Virus record (IMG/VR): IMGVR_UViG_3300015360_000025
Source: a virus
Strand: one strand, 5' to 3'
Length of the DNA: 64,000 bases
Part shown: positions 1 through 9,356 of the stretch, piece after piece
Numbering within the stretch: the first letter of the stretch is position 1
Layout: the number at the start of each line of letters is the position of its first letter
Position numbers and translations under genes: made by a program
Notes under the pieces: model-generated
Told to the model about the DNA's origin: nothing
What the model saw: the letters and a program-made list of their open reading frames with translations, nothing else
Database searches by the model: none

Positions 1-108
1 CCTGAGGACTTCACTCCTCGAAAGGGCGTGATGACCCGGTACGCAAAGCAGATGGTGCGCTCCGACTTCTACGGAACGGTCACTGTCCAGGACCTCGAGA
101 TCATCTGA
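1..108 (+). CDS. major capsid protein, C-terminal fragment (T4 gp23-like)
   Basis: Frame 1 reads PEDFTPRKGVMTRYAKQMVRSDFYGTVTVQDLEII*, matching the conserved F.P..G.MTRY....V....YG C-terminus of gp23-like capsid proteins. It is followed by a terminator and neck genes. Confidence 0.85.
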   Translation, partial: PEDFTPRKGVMTRYAKQMVRSDFYGTVTVQDLEII

Positions 109-139
109 TTAAGTCCCCTAGCTTAGGCTAGAAACGAAC

Positions 140-174
140 GGCCCCCTTGGGAAACCTCGGGGGCCTTTCTTTTT
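140..174 (+). terminator. rho-independent terminator after capsid gene
   Basis: GGCCCCC(140-146)/GGGGGCC(159-165) stem with inner GG-GAAA-CC, followed by TTTCTTTTT. Confidence 0.85.
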
Positions 175-224
175 CCAGACAGCTGGTGATTCCGGACTTT
201 CCGGTCCTTTCCTGATCTTGTCCT

Positions 225-231
225 CTAGTTA
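225..231 (+). promoter_or_regulatory. candidate phage late-promoter motif CTAGTTA
   Basis: Instance of the recurrent [C/A]TAnTTA motif found upstream of several operons. It sits inside the inverted repeat CCTCTAG/CTAGAGG (222-239). Confidence 0.4.
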
Positions 232-263
232 GCTAGAGGTGTGTCCTTCCCGCGGAGATCAAG

Positions 264-587
264 ATGAAAGACCCCAAGACCCCATCACTGACCGAAGTTT
301 TCAAGAAAGTTCTTAAGGAGGCGGGCGGAACAACGTTCTCTCCATCTCAGTCCGAAGCCGCTACACCGCCTCCTGGTCCACCCCAGAAGGCCGCCACACT
401 ATCTGGACACGTTCCCGTGCCTGGTTCATTTGAGGAGTCCATCACTGACTTCCTCACGGACAAGCACGGGTTCAAACCGTCGACCGATGCGTTGAAGGCT
501 CTTGTTGACATTGTCAGGAATGACATTCAGAATTCAGAATTATCCGACCAGGAAAAGAAGATGACGGTCGCCGACATGAAGTTGTAA
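264..587 (+). CDS. hypothetical protein, possible internal head protein
   Basis: 107-aa ORF between capsid and neck genes, with LTE and LKE motifs near the N-terminus. Confidence 0.6.
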   Translation: MKDPKTPSLTEVFKKVLKEAGGTTFSPSQSEAATPPPGPPQKAATLSGHVPVPGSFEESITDFLTDKHGFKPSTDALKALVDIVRNDIQNSELSDQEKKMTVADMKL

Positions 588-599
588 GGAGTAACGCCG

Positions 600-1751
600 A
601 TGGCATTCACAGTAGGATCGACTCCATTCGGGACGTTTGACTCGGACCCTGACTTCGCGGCTGAGGCGGACCGAATCCTCGACTTCACTTTCAAGAAGCT
701 CGGTGACCCGGTCATGGAGGTGCACATGAGCGCCTCACAGGTATACGCGTCCTTCGAGGAAGCGGCCCTGGAGTTCTCCGCTCTCATGAACTCGTATCAG
801 GCCAAGTCACTTCTGGCCTCTTTCCTCGGATCACAGACAGGGTCACTCTCGGGTTCTGAGCAGACCTATATCACACAGAACCTTGAGTTCCAGAAGAAGT
901 TGGCCGAGCCGTACAGCGATTCTGGTCCGATTATGTTGGACACGTCGATCCCGTTGTACAGCGCCTCCATCATTCTGCAACCGGGTGTGCAGAAGTATAA
1001 CTTGAATACGATACTATCAGGAGTCCTGACTGGATCTGGTGGATCAAGACTAAAGATCAGAGAGGTCTTTCACTTCAGTCCGCTTTCCGCTTATCGTTTC
1101 TTCGGCACCACCTCGGCCGTGAACTACCTGAACAATCAGTTCAACTTTGAGTCGTTCACCCCTGAGACGATCTTCTACTTGCTTCCAATCTGGGAAGACA
1201 TCCTCCGCGGTATGCAGTTTGAGACGTCCAACAGGGTTCGCCGGTCCAACTACAGCTACGAGCTCCACGCCAACGAGCTGACGTTGTATCCGACTCCGAC
1301 AGACGCTCTACCGCTTCACTTCACGTATATGTATCCGCCGAACCCGACCCAACCTGGAACCATAGTTGGACTAAGCGGTTCTGCATCGATCGACCAGACG
1401 TTCTTCGGTGTCTCCAATCTCTCGAACGTTCCGTTCGGTAACATCGCATACAACAAGTTGAACTCTATCGCTAAGCAGTGGATCCGTAAGATGGCCTTTG
1501 CTCTCGCCAAAGAGATCGAAGGACAAATCCGCAGTAAGATGGCGACCATTCCGATCCCCAATGGTGACCTGACCCTCAACGGCCCAGAGCTCATCAACGA
1601 TGCTCGCGCCGAGCAGGACAGGCTGCGTGAGGAGATCAAGGCCATGCTTGAGGAACTCACCTACGACAAGCTCGCAGCTCGCCAGGCAGAAGTTTCCATC
1701 GCGGTTGAGGAAGTCATCAAGAAGATCCCTCTGCCAATCTACATAGGATAA
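600..1751 (+). CDS. neck/head-completion protein (T4 gp13-like)
   Basis: 383 aa, RBS AAGGAG. Motifs KLG.P...V and C-terminal IP.PNGD.TLNG.ELI, plus position after the capsid gene. Confidence 0.7.
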   Translation: MAFTVGSTPFGTFDSDPDFAAEADRILDFTFKKLGDPVMEVHMSASQVYASFEEAALEFSALMNSYQAKSLLASFLGSQTGSLSGSEQTYITQNLEFQKKLAEPYSDSGPIMLDTSIPLYSASIILQPGVQKYNLNTILSGVLTGSGGSRLKIREVFHFSPLSAYRFFGTTSAVNYLNNQFNFESFTPETIFYLLPIWEDILRGMQFETSNRVRRSNYSYELHANELTLYPTPTDALPLHFTYMYPPNPTQPGTIVGLSGSASIDQTFFGVSNLSNVPFGNIAYNKLNSIAKQWIRKMAFALAKEIEGQIRSKMATIPIPNGDLTLNGPELINDARAEQDRLREEIKAMLEELTYDKLAARQAEVSIAVEEVIKKIPLPIYIG

Positions 1752-1755
1752 TACC

Positions 1756-2196
1756 ATGACCGTCCCAAAGATGACAGAGTTGTTCACCGAAGCTCCGCTA
1801 GATTGGAAGAAGTCTTTCAAGAAGGCGCAGAAGACCGTCATGAAACACGCCGGTGCATTGCCAGCAGGCGCGGCCAGAGGACTCGAGGTTCCCAAGGGAG
1901 CCAAGCCACCGCCCGAGGCAAAGCCCATCCGTGGTAAGGGTGGTCCTCATGACGATCCTCTCAAGACTGTAACGACCGCCGAGATGTTCGAGACGGAAGC
2001 CGGTAGCTACTACGTTTCCCGTGGCGTCAACGGACGATACTACTGTGTGTTCGTGGACTCGAATGTCCAGAAGGCCCGCGACCTTGGGGAACATCCGAGT
2101 CGTAAGGAGGCACTCGACGCCGTCCTCGCCGACCACGATAAGACCGCAGCTGGCATCGGAGAGGCGGAAGAGTGCGAAGGTAAGGAGACTTCCTGA
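1756..2196 (+). CDS. hypothetical protein
   Basis: 146-aa ORF in the structural operon, coupled to the next gene (TGATG). N-terminal LFTE-A motif. Confidence 0.65.
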   Translation: MTVPKMTELFTEAPLDWKKSFKKAQKTVMKHAGALPAGAARGLEVPKGAKPPPEAKPIRGKGGPHDDPLKTVTTAEMFETEAGSYYVSRGVNGRYYCVFVDSNVQKARDLGEHPSRKEALDAVLADHDKTAAGIGEAEECEGKETS

Positions 2197-2708
2197 TGGC
2201 TAGGAAATTTATAACTCAAAGAGAAATTGATTTTATCGATAAGATCAATCGCGAGTTGATCCAGAAGGTCGTCGGTCAGGAGGTCAGCTATTTCGAGATC
2301 GACCTCCAGAAGAGCAAAGCGAATCGGCTCTACGACGAGGCCATCGAGAAGGTGTGGAAGCCACCCGTACTGGTGAACGCCCGTGTCTTGTGGGACAACC
2401 CCAGCTCCGTCTCGAACAACATGGGCATCGATTCCAAGTACACGGCCGAAGTTTACTTCCACCGAGATGAGTTGGACAACAGGAATGTCTCGCCTAAGGA
2501 AGGAGACTTCCTGGAGTTCGGGCAAGTCTTCTTTGAGATAACATCAGTCACTACTCCTCAAATAGTCTTCGGACAGGTCAACAATAGGATCATGACCAAG
2601 TGCGTTTGCGTGCCCTCTCGCGAGGGACAGTTCCAGTCGGGAGGCCGGAGCAGCGAAGCGGTGGACAATACACACCCCATCGAGAATACAAAACACAAGC
2701 TACCCTAA
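2196..2708 (+). CDS. neck protein (T4 gp14-like head closure)
   Basis: F.KINRELI..VVGQEV.Y......N.LYDEA and GDF.EFG..FFEI motifs, plus synteny. Confidence 0.7.
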   Translation: MARKFITQREIDFIDKINRELIQKVVGQEVSYFEIDLQKSKANRLYDEAIEKVWKPPVLVNARVLWDNPSSVSNNMGIDSKYTAEVYFHRDELDNRNVSPKEGDFLEFGQVFFEITSVTTPQIVFGQVNNRIMTKCVCVPSREGQFQSGGRSSEAVDNTHPIENTKHKLP

Positions 2709-2716
2709 GGAACTCC

Positions 2717-3490
2717 ATGCGAACCATTTCCCTCTTTTTACTGATCATGTCCATGCTGTCTTGCTCATGTTTCCGTAGGTTTCCGGACCCAGGTGGGCAG
2801 GATGCCAGAGATATGATGACACAGACGGTCAAGGTGTCAGTCATGGTAGCTGGAGTCGAGCTTACCAAGAATGAGAATGGTGACGTCGTCGGTGAGGAGA
2901 AGGTGATATCCTGGATGGGATCGGGTGTCATCCTGGAAGTCGATTCCAAGAAGGGCAAGGGAGAGAGCTTAGTCATGACTGCCGGTCACGTCTCCAACGT
3001 CCCACCAATGATCGCGAAGAAAGATGATGAAGGTAACCTTCAGTCGTTGTTCCTCGTACAGGCGTCCATGACGGTTATCGAGACATTGGATGGGAAGACG
3101 TGTCTGGCTGAAGCTGTCTACTACGACGGTCCACACGACCTCGGAGTCATCCAAGTATTCTGCGTTGCAGGACGTGTGGCCGAACTGGCCGACGGTCTTC
3201 CCCCTATCGGTTCTGCCATCTCTGTCTCCGGAGCTGGACTTGGTTACCATCCAGCCGGACTCTTCTTGGTCGAGGACGGCCGTTACCTCGGTCTGGCAGA
3301 CGGAAGGGATCCTGATGTCGTCATGTCCGTCCCTGTCGTCGGTGGTCACTCGGGTTCCGGTGTCTTCCACCATGGCAAGGTGATCGGCATCGTGACCAAG
3401 GTATTCACAAGGTTTGAACACGGGTCCTTCGCCACCGGTGTGGATCACGTCAGGCGGGCCCTCGAGGCTGCCAGAGAGAACAGAATCTGA
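2717..3490 (+). CDS. trypsin-like serine protease with lipoprotein signal peptide
   Basis: TAGH (His), HDLG (Asp) and GGHSGSG (Ser) catalytic motifs. N-terminus MRTISLFLLIMSMLSC is a hydrophobic segment plus lipobox. Start moved to ATG 2717 (RBS AAGGA). Confidence 0.85.
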   Translation: MRTISLFLLIMSMLSCSCFRRFPDPGGQDARDMMTQTVKVSVMVAGVELTKNENGDVVGEEKVISWMGSGVILEVDSKKGKGESLVMTAGHVSNVPPMIAKKDDEGNLQSLFLVQASMTVIETLDGKTCLAEAVYYDGPHDLGVIQVFCVAGRVAELADGLPPIGSAISVSGAGLGYHPAGLFLVEDGRYLGLADGRDPDVVMSVPVVGGHSGSGVFHHGKVIGIVTKVFTRFEHGSFATGVDHVRRALEAARENRI

Positions 3491-4335
3491 TGGCTGAGGA
3501 ACATAGCCACTACCAGAGCATCACCCTCGAGACCATCGACCAGGCTGTCAAGGACTGGTTCGATAAGACGGTTGATTCTCACGTGAAGTTTCCGAACGGT
3601 GACCGAAAAAAGGTTCACGTCGGATTCTCTTCGGGAGAGCGTTGGATTACAGCGCGTCAAAAGAAGGGAGTGCGCGACAACAATGGGGTCCTCATCCTCC
3701 CGATCATCTCCATCCGTCGGAGCGGGATCGAACCGACCCCGTCCATGTCCGCCTTGGGTACCGAGACGGCCACTCTTCAGATCTCGAAGCGTATCACAAA
3801 GAAGACGAATGACCTGATGAACCTCAATCGACACCGGGACGCCGCCCACAGAACCCCGGCGAAGCCCGTCCTCTATGAAGTCACCACGATCCCGTTCCCT
3901 GATCGCTCGATAATAACCTACGAGATTCAGGTCCAAGCCCAGTACATCCTCCAGATGAATTCTATCCTAGAGAAGATGTTCCACGAACTTGATATCAGCA
4001 AGTCCTTCGTGGCCGAGTTCGACAACGATGGGCGTCACCCACCGATCGGGGAAGACTTCGAGAAGAGGGAGAAGCTCCACAAGTCATACGTCGTGGGGTT
4101 CTTCGATACGACTGTCACAGATGGCGGGAACTTCGAGGAGTTCACAGACCAGGAGAGAATCGTCCGCTTTAGCACAACCATCAGGGTACCAGCCATCCTC
4201 CAGTTAGATCCAGAAGGCGAGAAGTCCTCGCTCAAGGTGGAGCACACCTCCTACCTCCTCAACTTCGGAACGGAACGAACGACTTTCGTGGACGATCCAG
4301 AAGATGCCGACAAGATTTTCGGCGACCTGAAATGA
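3490..4335 (+). CDS. tail terminator/sheath stabiliser (T4 gp15-like)
   Basis: 281 aa directly upstream of the sheath, with ILPIISIRR and PFPD.....YEI......Y..QMN.I.E motifs. Confidence 0.7.
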   Translation: MAEEHSHYQSITLETIDQAVKDWFDKTVDSHVKFPNGDRKKVHVGFSSGERWITARQKKGVRDNNGVLILPIISIRRSGIEPTPSMSALGTETATLQISKRITKKTNDLMNLNRHRDAAHRTPAKPVLYEVTTIPFPDRSIITYEIQVQAQYILQMNSILEKMFHELDISKSFVAEFDNDGRHPPIGEDFEKREKLHKSYVVGFFDTTVTDGGNFEEFTDQERIVRFSTTIRVPAILQLDPEGEKSSLKVEHTSYLLNFGTERTTFVDDPEDADKIFGDLK

Positions 4336-4387
4336 TGTGTAGGTTGCGAGATATCGCGGGAAACAGGCCTTTTCGGCCATGTCCAGT

Positions 4388-4394
4388 CTAATTA
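4388..4394 (+). promoter_or_regulatory. candidate late-promoter motif CTAATTA upstream of sheath
   Basis: Recurrent motif, flanked by the inverted repeat ATGTCC(4379-84)/GGACAT(4404-09). Confidence 0.45.
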
Positions 4395-4459
4395 GAACGT
4401 GAAGGACATCTCTGTATAAGTAGAGTCCGTCAACAAATTTCTTCGGGAGAGAAAATCAA

Positions 4460-6796
4460 ATGGCTCAAAAGTTCATGTCCCCGGGAGTGTTTACCACTGA
4501 AATCGACCTCAGCTTCCTTGCTCAGGGAGTTGCAGGGATTGGTGCCGTGGTCGTCGGTCGCACACCTAAGGGACCGGCTTTCTCGCCGACCTTCGTGAAC
4601 GGCCTCGACGCTTTCGCAGCTGTCTTCGGTGATCCCTCTCCAGACTTCATGTTGCCGTACGCTGCCAAGAACTATCTTAAGAACTCGAACGCCCTCACTG
4701 TCGTCAGGGTCCTTGGCCACGATGATGGTACTACGACTGCGAACGGAATGAACGCTGCCGGCGGCCTCACGGCGATTCAGGCGATTAGCGACGTCTCCGC
4801 CTCTCTCGGAAAGGCTCTGGCCGTTCTCCACCACACTGGAACACTCGCCGCCCTGACGATCACTGGTGTCGCGCTCGACGCCAACAACTTCGTCGTCAAG
4901 CTGACCGGCTCGTCTGGTGTGATCTTCGCCGCCACTGCCTCCTTCAGCAAGAACTCCTCGAATTACATTGAGAAGGTCCTCAATACAGATCCGACAAAGT
5001 TCACCACGTACGGACACTACCTCTACCAGAACTTCAGCTACGCCGTTCCAGCGACCTCGGCCTCTTGGTCAGCGGTAGGAATCAGTGGTTCGACGACAGC
5101 TTTCACCAGGAACTTCGAAGGTGGTCTTACAGCCTGGGTCAAGTCTCAGCCGATCGGTGGAATGGAATTCAACCTCTTCCGGTTCCACACCCTCTCGCAC
5201 GGAAAGGCGACAAACGACGACATCAAGGTGATGGTCGCCAACGTTAAGCCCTCCCCGTCGCCACTGGCTACCGCCTATGGCACGTTCGATCTGGTCGTCC
5301 GTCGGTTCTCCGACACAGATCAGAAAGTGATCACCCTCGAGACCTTCGTGGGTTGTAACCTTGATCCTTCCTCCAAGAACTTCCTTCCACGCAAGGTCGG
5401 AGAGGTCAACGAGGTCTTCGACACGGCCCAGCGAAAGTTCGTCGTCCAGGGAAACTTCCCCAACAAGTCCAAGCACATTCGTGTCGAGCTTGATACCGCA
5501 GCCAATGCTCCGGCCGAGGCTCTTCCATGGGGTCACCGTGGTTACGAGAAGGAGCTCTTCACTGGCCCTCTCGCCGACGTTCCTGACATGGTGCTGACGA
5601 TCAACCAATTCGATCGGAACGGAAACCTCGATCCGAACATCTCGTTCGGAATTTCCTTCGTGTCTGGTGGTATCGACGACAGGATGAAGGCGTTCCCGAA
5701 CAACACTCAGACCCTGCGCGGAGCTGATGCCGACTTCTCGCTCGCCTTCCTCACCTCTTCCTACTTCAACGGGAAGCAGGTCTGGTCGTACAACCCGGCC
5801 GTTCCCGCTTCACAGCAACACCAGGCCGTCTTTGCCTCGGCCTCGCTCTACCGGTTCAATCTACCGATGATCGGTGGGTTCGACGGATTTGACATCCGCG
5901 TAGCAGACTCCCTCTACCTGACCAACGTGGCAGATGACACAGACATCGGCGTCGTTTCTGCTAAGCGAGCCCTGGATACAGTCGCTAACCCTGACGCGTT
6001 CGATATGAACATCCTGGCGGTTCCTGGAGTCCACAATCTCAAGGTCACAGACAAGGCTCGCTCGGTCGTTAACGATCGTCGGGACACCATGTACGTTATG
6101 GACGTCACCGGATCGACCGTTGCCGAAGTCATCGGTCAGCTCTCCTCCCGGGAACTGGACGACAACTACTCAGCCTGCTACTACCCTGATCTGAAGCTGA
6201 ATGACAGGACGAACAATAAGATCATCAGGGTCGCCCCGTCGATAGCCATTCTCGGAGCGATCGCATTTAGCGACCGTGTCGGGCAAGTCTTCTTCGCACC
6301 GGCCGGTCTCAACCGCGGTGGTCTCGGACAGTTCGACATCATTGACGTCGTCGATCGCCTGACTTTCAGCGAGCGGAATGACCTGTACGACAGCAGGATC
6401 AATCCGATCGCCACATTCCCGAACGAAGGGATCGTGGTCTTCGGACAGAAGACACTCCAGGCGCTGCCGTCTGCCCTTGATCGGATTAACGTCCGTCGGC
6501 TCCTCATCTTCGCCAAGAAGACGATCGCAGCAGCCGCTAAGCTTCTGCTCTTCGAGCCGAACAACCCCCAGACCTGGCAGCGGTTCCTGAACGCAGTCAA
6601 CCCGATCCTGGAGAAGATCCGCCAAGACCAGGGAATCAACCGGTTCAAGGTTGTCATGGACACCTCGACGAACACCAACGACTTGATCGACCGGAACATC
6701 ATGACTGGAAAGATCTTCCTGGAGCCGACCAAGAGCGCTGAATTCATCGACCTCTCGTTCATCATCACGAACGCAGGCGTTAGCTTCGGCGAGTAA
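4460..6796 (+). CDS. tail sheath protein (T4 gp18-like)
   Basis: N-terminal SPGVFTTEIDLS. C-terminal FAPAG.NRG, INPI..FP..G.VVFGQKTLQ...SALDRINVRRL, FEPN. Confidence 0.97.
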   Translation: MAQKFMSPGVFTTEIDLSFLAQGVAGIGAVVVGRTPKGPAFSPTFVNGLDAFAAVFGDPSPDFMLPYAAKNYLKNSNALTVVRVLGHDDGTTTANGMNAAGGLTAIQAISDVSASLGKALAVLHHTGTLAALTITGVALDANNFVVKLTGSSGVIFAATASFSKNSSNYIEKVLNTDPTKFTTYGHYLYQNFSYAVPATSASWSAVGISGSTTAFTRNFEGGLTAWVKSQPIGGMEFNLFRFHTLSHGKATNDDIKVMVANVKPSPSPLATAYGTFDLVVRRFSDTDQKVITLETFVGCNLDPSSKNFLPRKVGEVNEVFDTAQRKFVVQGNFPNKSKHIRVELDTAANAPAEALPWGHRGYEKELFTGPLADVPDMVLTINQFDRNGNLDPNISFGISFVSGGIDDRMKAFPNNTQTLRGADADFSLAFLTSSYFNGKQVWSYNPAVPASQQHQAVFASASLYRFNLPMIGGFDGFDIRVADSLYLTNVADDTDIGVVSAKRALDTVANPDAFDMNILAVPGVHNLKVTDKARSVVNDRRDTMYVMDVTGSTVAEVIGQLSSRELDDNYSACYYPDLKLNDRTNNKIIRVAPSIAILGAIAFSDRVGQVFFAPAGLNRGGLGQFDIIDVVDRLTFSERNDLYDSRINPIATFPNEGIVVFGQKTLQALPSALDRINVRRLLIFAKKTIAAAAKLLLFEPNNPQTWQRFLNAVNPILEKIRQDQGINRFKVVMDTSTNTNDLIDRNIMTGKIFLEPTKSAEFIDLSFIITNAGVSFGE

Positions 6797-6878
6797 CGGA
6801 AAAGTCTAGTTGTGACAGTTTCAAAGATGGTGGCCGACATTGGCTATCCTTACAGCATGAGAGGGGAGAGAAAACAAA

Positions 6879-7898
6879 ATGCCTATTCATTCAATAAACG
6901 TGGATCCACAGAACGTAACTGGATCTGTATCCCTCTCTGAAGCTGCTGACGTAAACGTATCAAATTTCCCGGCAACTCAAAACGTCCTGGCGCTGTCGGG
7001 ATCAGTGGCCGGTCTCCTCGTGGGTGGGCAGCCAGTTTCATCTGCCAATCCTATTCCGATCTCAGGTTCGATTGGAGTGTCATTCGTAGATCAATACTCT
7101 GGTGGCGTCAGCGGTTCAATTCCTGTCTCGGCCTCTCTAGCGGGCTTTAGAGATCCTGGTGGTCTCCTCAAATACGCGAATGTAGATAATTTCGGCAACC
7201 AGATCATTACTGGCTCTGTAGGTATTAGTGGCGTTGTCAACGTATCCGTCATTAGCTCCTCGCATGCCGGAGGACTGAGCGGAAGTCTGCCGGTATCTGC
7301 ATCGCTGGCAGGATTCATCGGCGCAGATGGTACACTTCAAGCTGCCCATGTAGATGCATTTGGTAATCTGATTGTTACTGGTTCTGTCGGAATTGCTGGT
7401 GTAGTTAATGTCACAGGTTCTACTTCGACGATCGTAACGAACGTCGTAACGATCACCGGAAGCGTCAACATTGACGGCGTCAGTACTGTCTCTGGTGCCC
7501 TTCAGGTAACTGGTTCTGTAATCTCTCAGCAGGGTACTACGCCGTGGATTGTATCTGGCTCTAACTGGATCCCGACAGTAACAGGTTCGATCGTTGTAAC
7601 CAACAAGGTTGACACGAAGATCACTGCGCTCTCAGCCTCAGTATCATTTGTATCGGCAAGTGCAGGCGCCAGCGTCATACTCGTTTCGGCAAATCCGAAT
7701 AGACTAGGTATTACTCTGTACAATGATACGAATAAGAATGTCTATGTAAAGTTGGGGGTTTCTGCTTCTCTCAATGACTATACGACGCAACTCGCAAAAG
7801 ACGACTATTACGAGATCCCGTTTGGATACCAGGGAAGGATTGATTCGTTCTCTGCGGTTTCCGTTACTGGCGTGGTTAGGATTACAGAGATCTCGTAA
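6879..7898 (+). CDS. Gly/Ser/Val-rich repeat protein (fibre/decoration-like) with C-terminal ~80-aa beta domain
   Basis: Repeated V/I-TGS-V motifs and an internal duplicated GSxPVSASLAGF...VD.FGN.I.TGSVGI.GVVNV block. The C-terminal domain is shared with 10468 and 11496. Confidence 0.6.
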   Translation: MPIHSINVDPQNVTGSVSLSEAADVNVSNFPATQNVLALSGSVAGLLVGGQPVSSANPIPISGSIGVSFVDQYSGGVSGSIPVSASLAGFRDPGGLLKYANVDNFGNQIITGSVGISGVVNVSVISSSHAGGLSGSLPVSASLAGFIGADGTLQAAHVDAFGNLIVTGSVGIAGVVNVTGSTSTIVTNVVTITGSVNIDGVSTVSGALQVTGSVISQQGTTPWIVSGSNWIPTVTGSIVVTNKVDTKITALSASVSFVSASAGASVILVSANPNRLGITLYNDTNKNVYVKLGVSASLNDYTTQLAKDDYYEIPFGYQGRIDSFSAVSVTGVVRITEIS

Positions 7899-7910
7899 AG
7901 AAACGGGTGA

Positions 7911-9356
7911 ATGATGAGTCGCGGGAATGGACCGAGATCAGTAATCTATGATTCCGATGGTGACATTCCGCTGATCGGACAGCAGGCATCCAGTGGTTCA
8001 CTTCCTGTAACAATAGCGAATGATCAGACACCCGTTCCAGTAACGGGTTCAGTACTGACTATTTCGGGATCTGTAACGACAGTCGTCACTGGATCTGTCA
8101 TTGGTCTCCTTGTCGGTGGACAGCCAGTTTCGTCACTGAATCCTATTCCGATCACGGGAAGTGTTGGGTTGAGTGGTCCCGTCGCCATCTCAAACTTCCC
8201 AGTAATTCAAACAATCACTGGATCAGTAGGTCTCAGCGGTCCGATTACTGGAACAGTCGGGCTATCAGGTCCAGTTGCTGTCTCGAACTTCCCCGCGACG
8301 CAGAGTGTCACCCAGGGAACTTCCCCGTGGGTAATTTCAGGGTCAAACTGGATTCCAACCATAACAGGTTCTGTGGGTCTCAGTGGTCCTGTAACTATTT
8401 CTAACTTTCCGTCTGTGCAGACAGTCACAGGCTCCGTTGGAATCGAGGCTCCTATCTCGATCGGACAGTGGTTAGGATCTTCAACTCCGACAGTCGGACA
8501 GAAGGCAACGTCAGCGTCAATTCCAGTTGTGATCGCGTCTGATCAGTCAAATCTTAAAATCATAGGGGCGCATGTTACCGGTACGCAAGGTACTACAAAT
8601 CCAGTATTGATTGGTGGCGTAACAACATCTGGCGACGTACAATATTTAAATCTTGATTCAAATGGAAATATTGGCGTTGTCATCGCAGCTAATCAACAAG
8701 CGCTTCCGCTTATTATTAACATGAACTTCGAAAAGTCTGATGGGGCAATTCTGGAAAACGCGTATAAGCGTGTGATGGAGTACACTGTCCCTGCTGGTTT
8801 TAACGGATGGCTGATTAGGTTCAGTTCGTTTCAGAACGAAGATTCAAAGTCGCGAATTGTTTCCGTGAAAAAACTTGGATCGTACAATGTCTTAACTGGT
8901 GTATACACATTTGATGAATCATACGAGTATCCGCAGTGGAGTGGCGTCGCTGAAGCTGAAGTAACGACGGCCTTCAGCTCTGCCGGAGCATCCGTCGTGA
9001 TTACTGTGACGTATACGAACGAGAAAAGCGTGGCGGGACGTATCGGAACGTTCTCCATTCCAAAGAGTTCGATAGTTGGTAGTCGCTTCCGATTTACGTT
9101 TCAAAGCGGAGATCTTGGACTCACTTCAATCCAGAGTATCACAGATAATTCTCCGAATACTGGCGTTGTCGATATTCTTGGCAATATCCAGCTTGCTTAT
9201 CACAACGACATCTCTAATAAGAATCAGCTTGAGACAAACTATCAACCTGGCGCCATCGCATTTCCGTCCGGAACACTATTGGCAGTTGAGTACTCCGGCG
9301 GTACGGTGTCTAAGGATAGATTGTTCGACTTACTTATACAGTTGGTGACCCCATGA
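7911..9356 (+). CDS. repeat-containing fibre-like protein
   Basis: Tandem ITGSVGLSGPV.(I/V)SNFP repeats. Shares GLLVGGQPVSS.NPIPI.GS and QGT.PW..SGSNWIPT modules with the upstream gene. Confidence 0.6.
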   Translation: MMSRGNGPRSVIYDSDGDIPLIGQQASSGSLPVTIANDQTPVPVTGSVLTISGSVTTVVTGSVIGLLVGGQPVSSLNPIPITGSVGLSGPVAISNFPVIQTITGSVGLSGPITGTVGLSGPVAVSNFPATQSVTQGTSPWVISGSNWIPTITGSVGLSGPVTISNFPSVQTVTGSVGIEAPISIGQWLGSSTPTVGQKATSASIPVVIASDQSNLKIIGAHVTGTQGTTNPVLIGGVTTSGDVQYLNLDSNGNIGVVIAANQQALPLIINMNFEKSDGAILENAYKRVMEYTVPAGFNGWLIRFSSFQNEDSKSRIVSVKKLGSYNVLTGVYTFDESYEYPQWSGVAEAEVTTAFSSAGASVVITVTYTNEKSVAGRIGTFSIPKSSIVGSRFRFTFQSGDLGLTSIQSITDNSPNTGVVDILGNIQLAYHNDISNKNQLETNYQPGAIAFPSGTLLAVEYSGGTVSKDRLFDLLIQLVTP

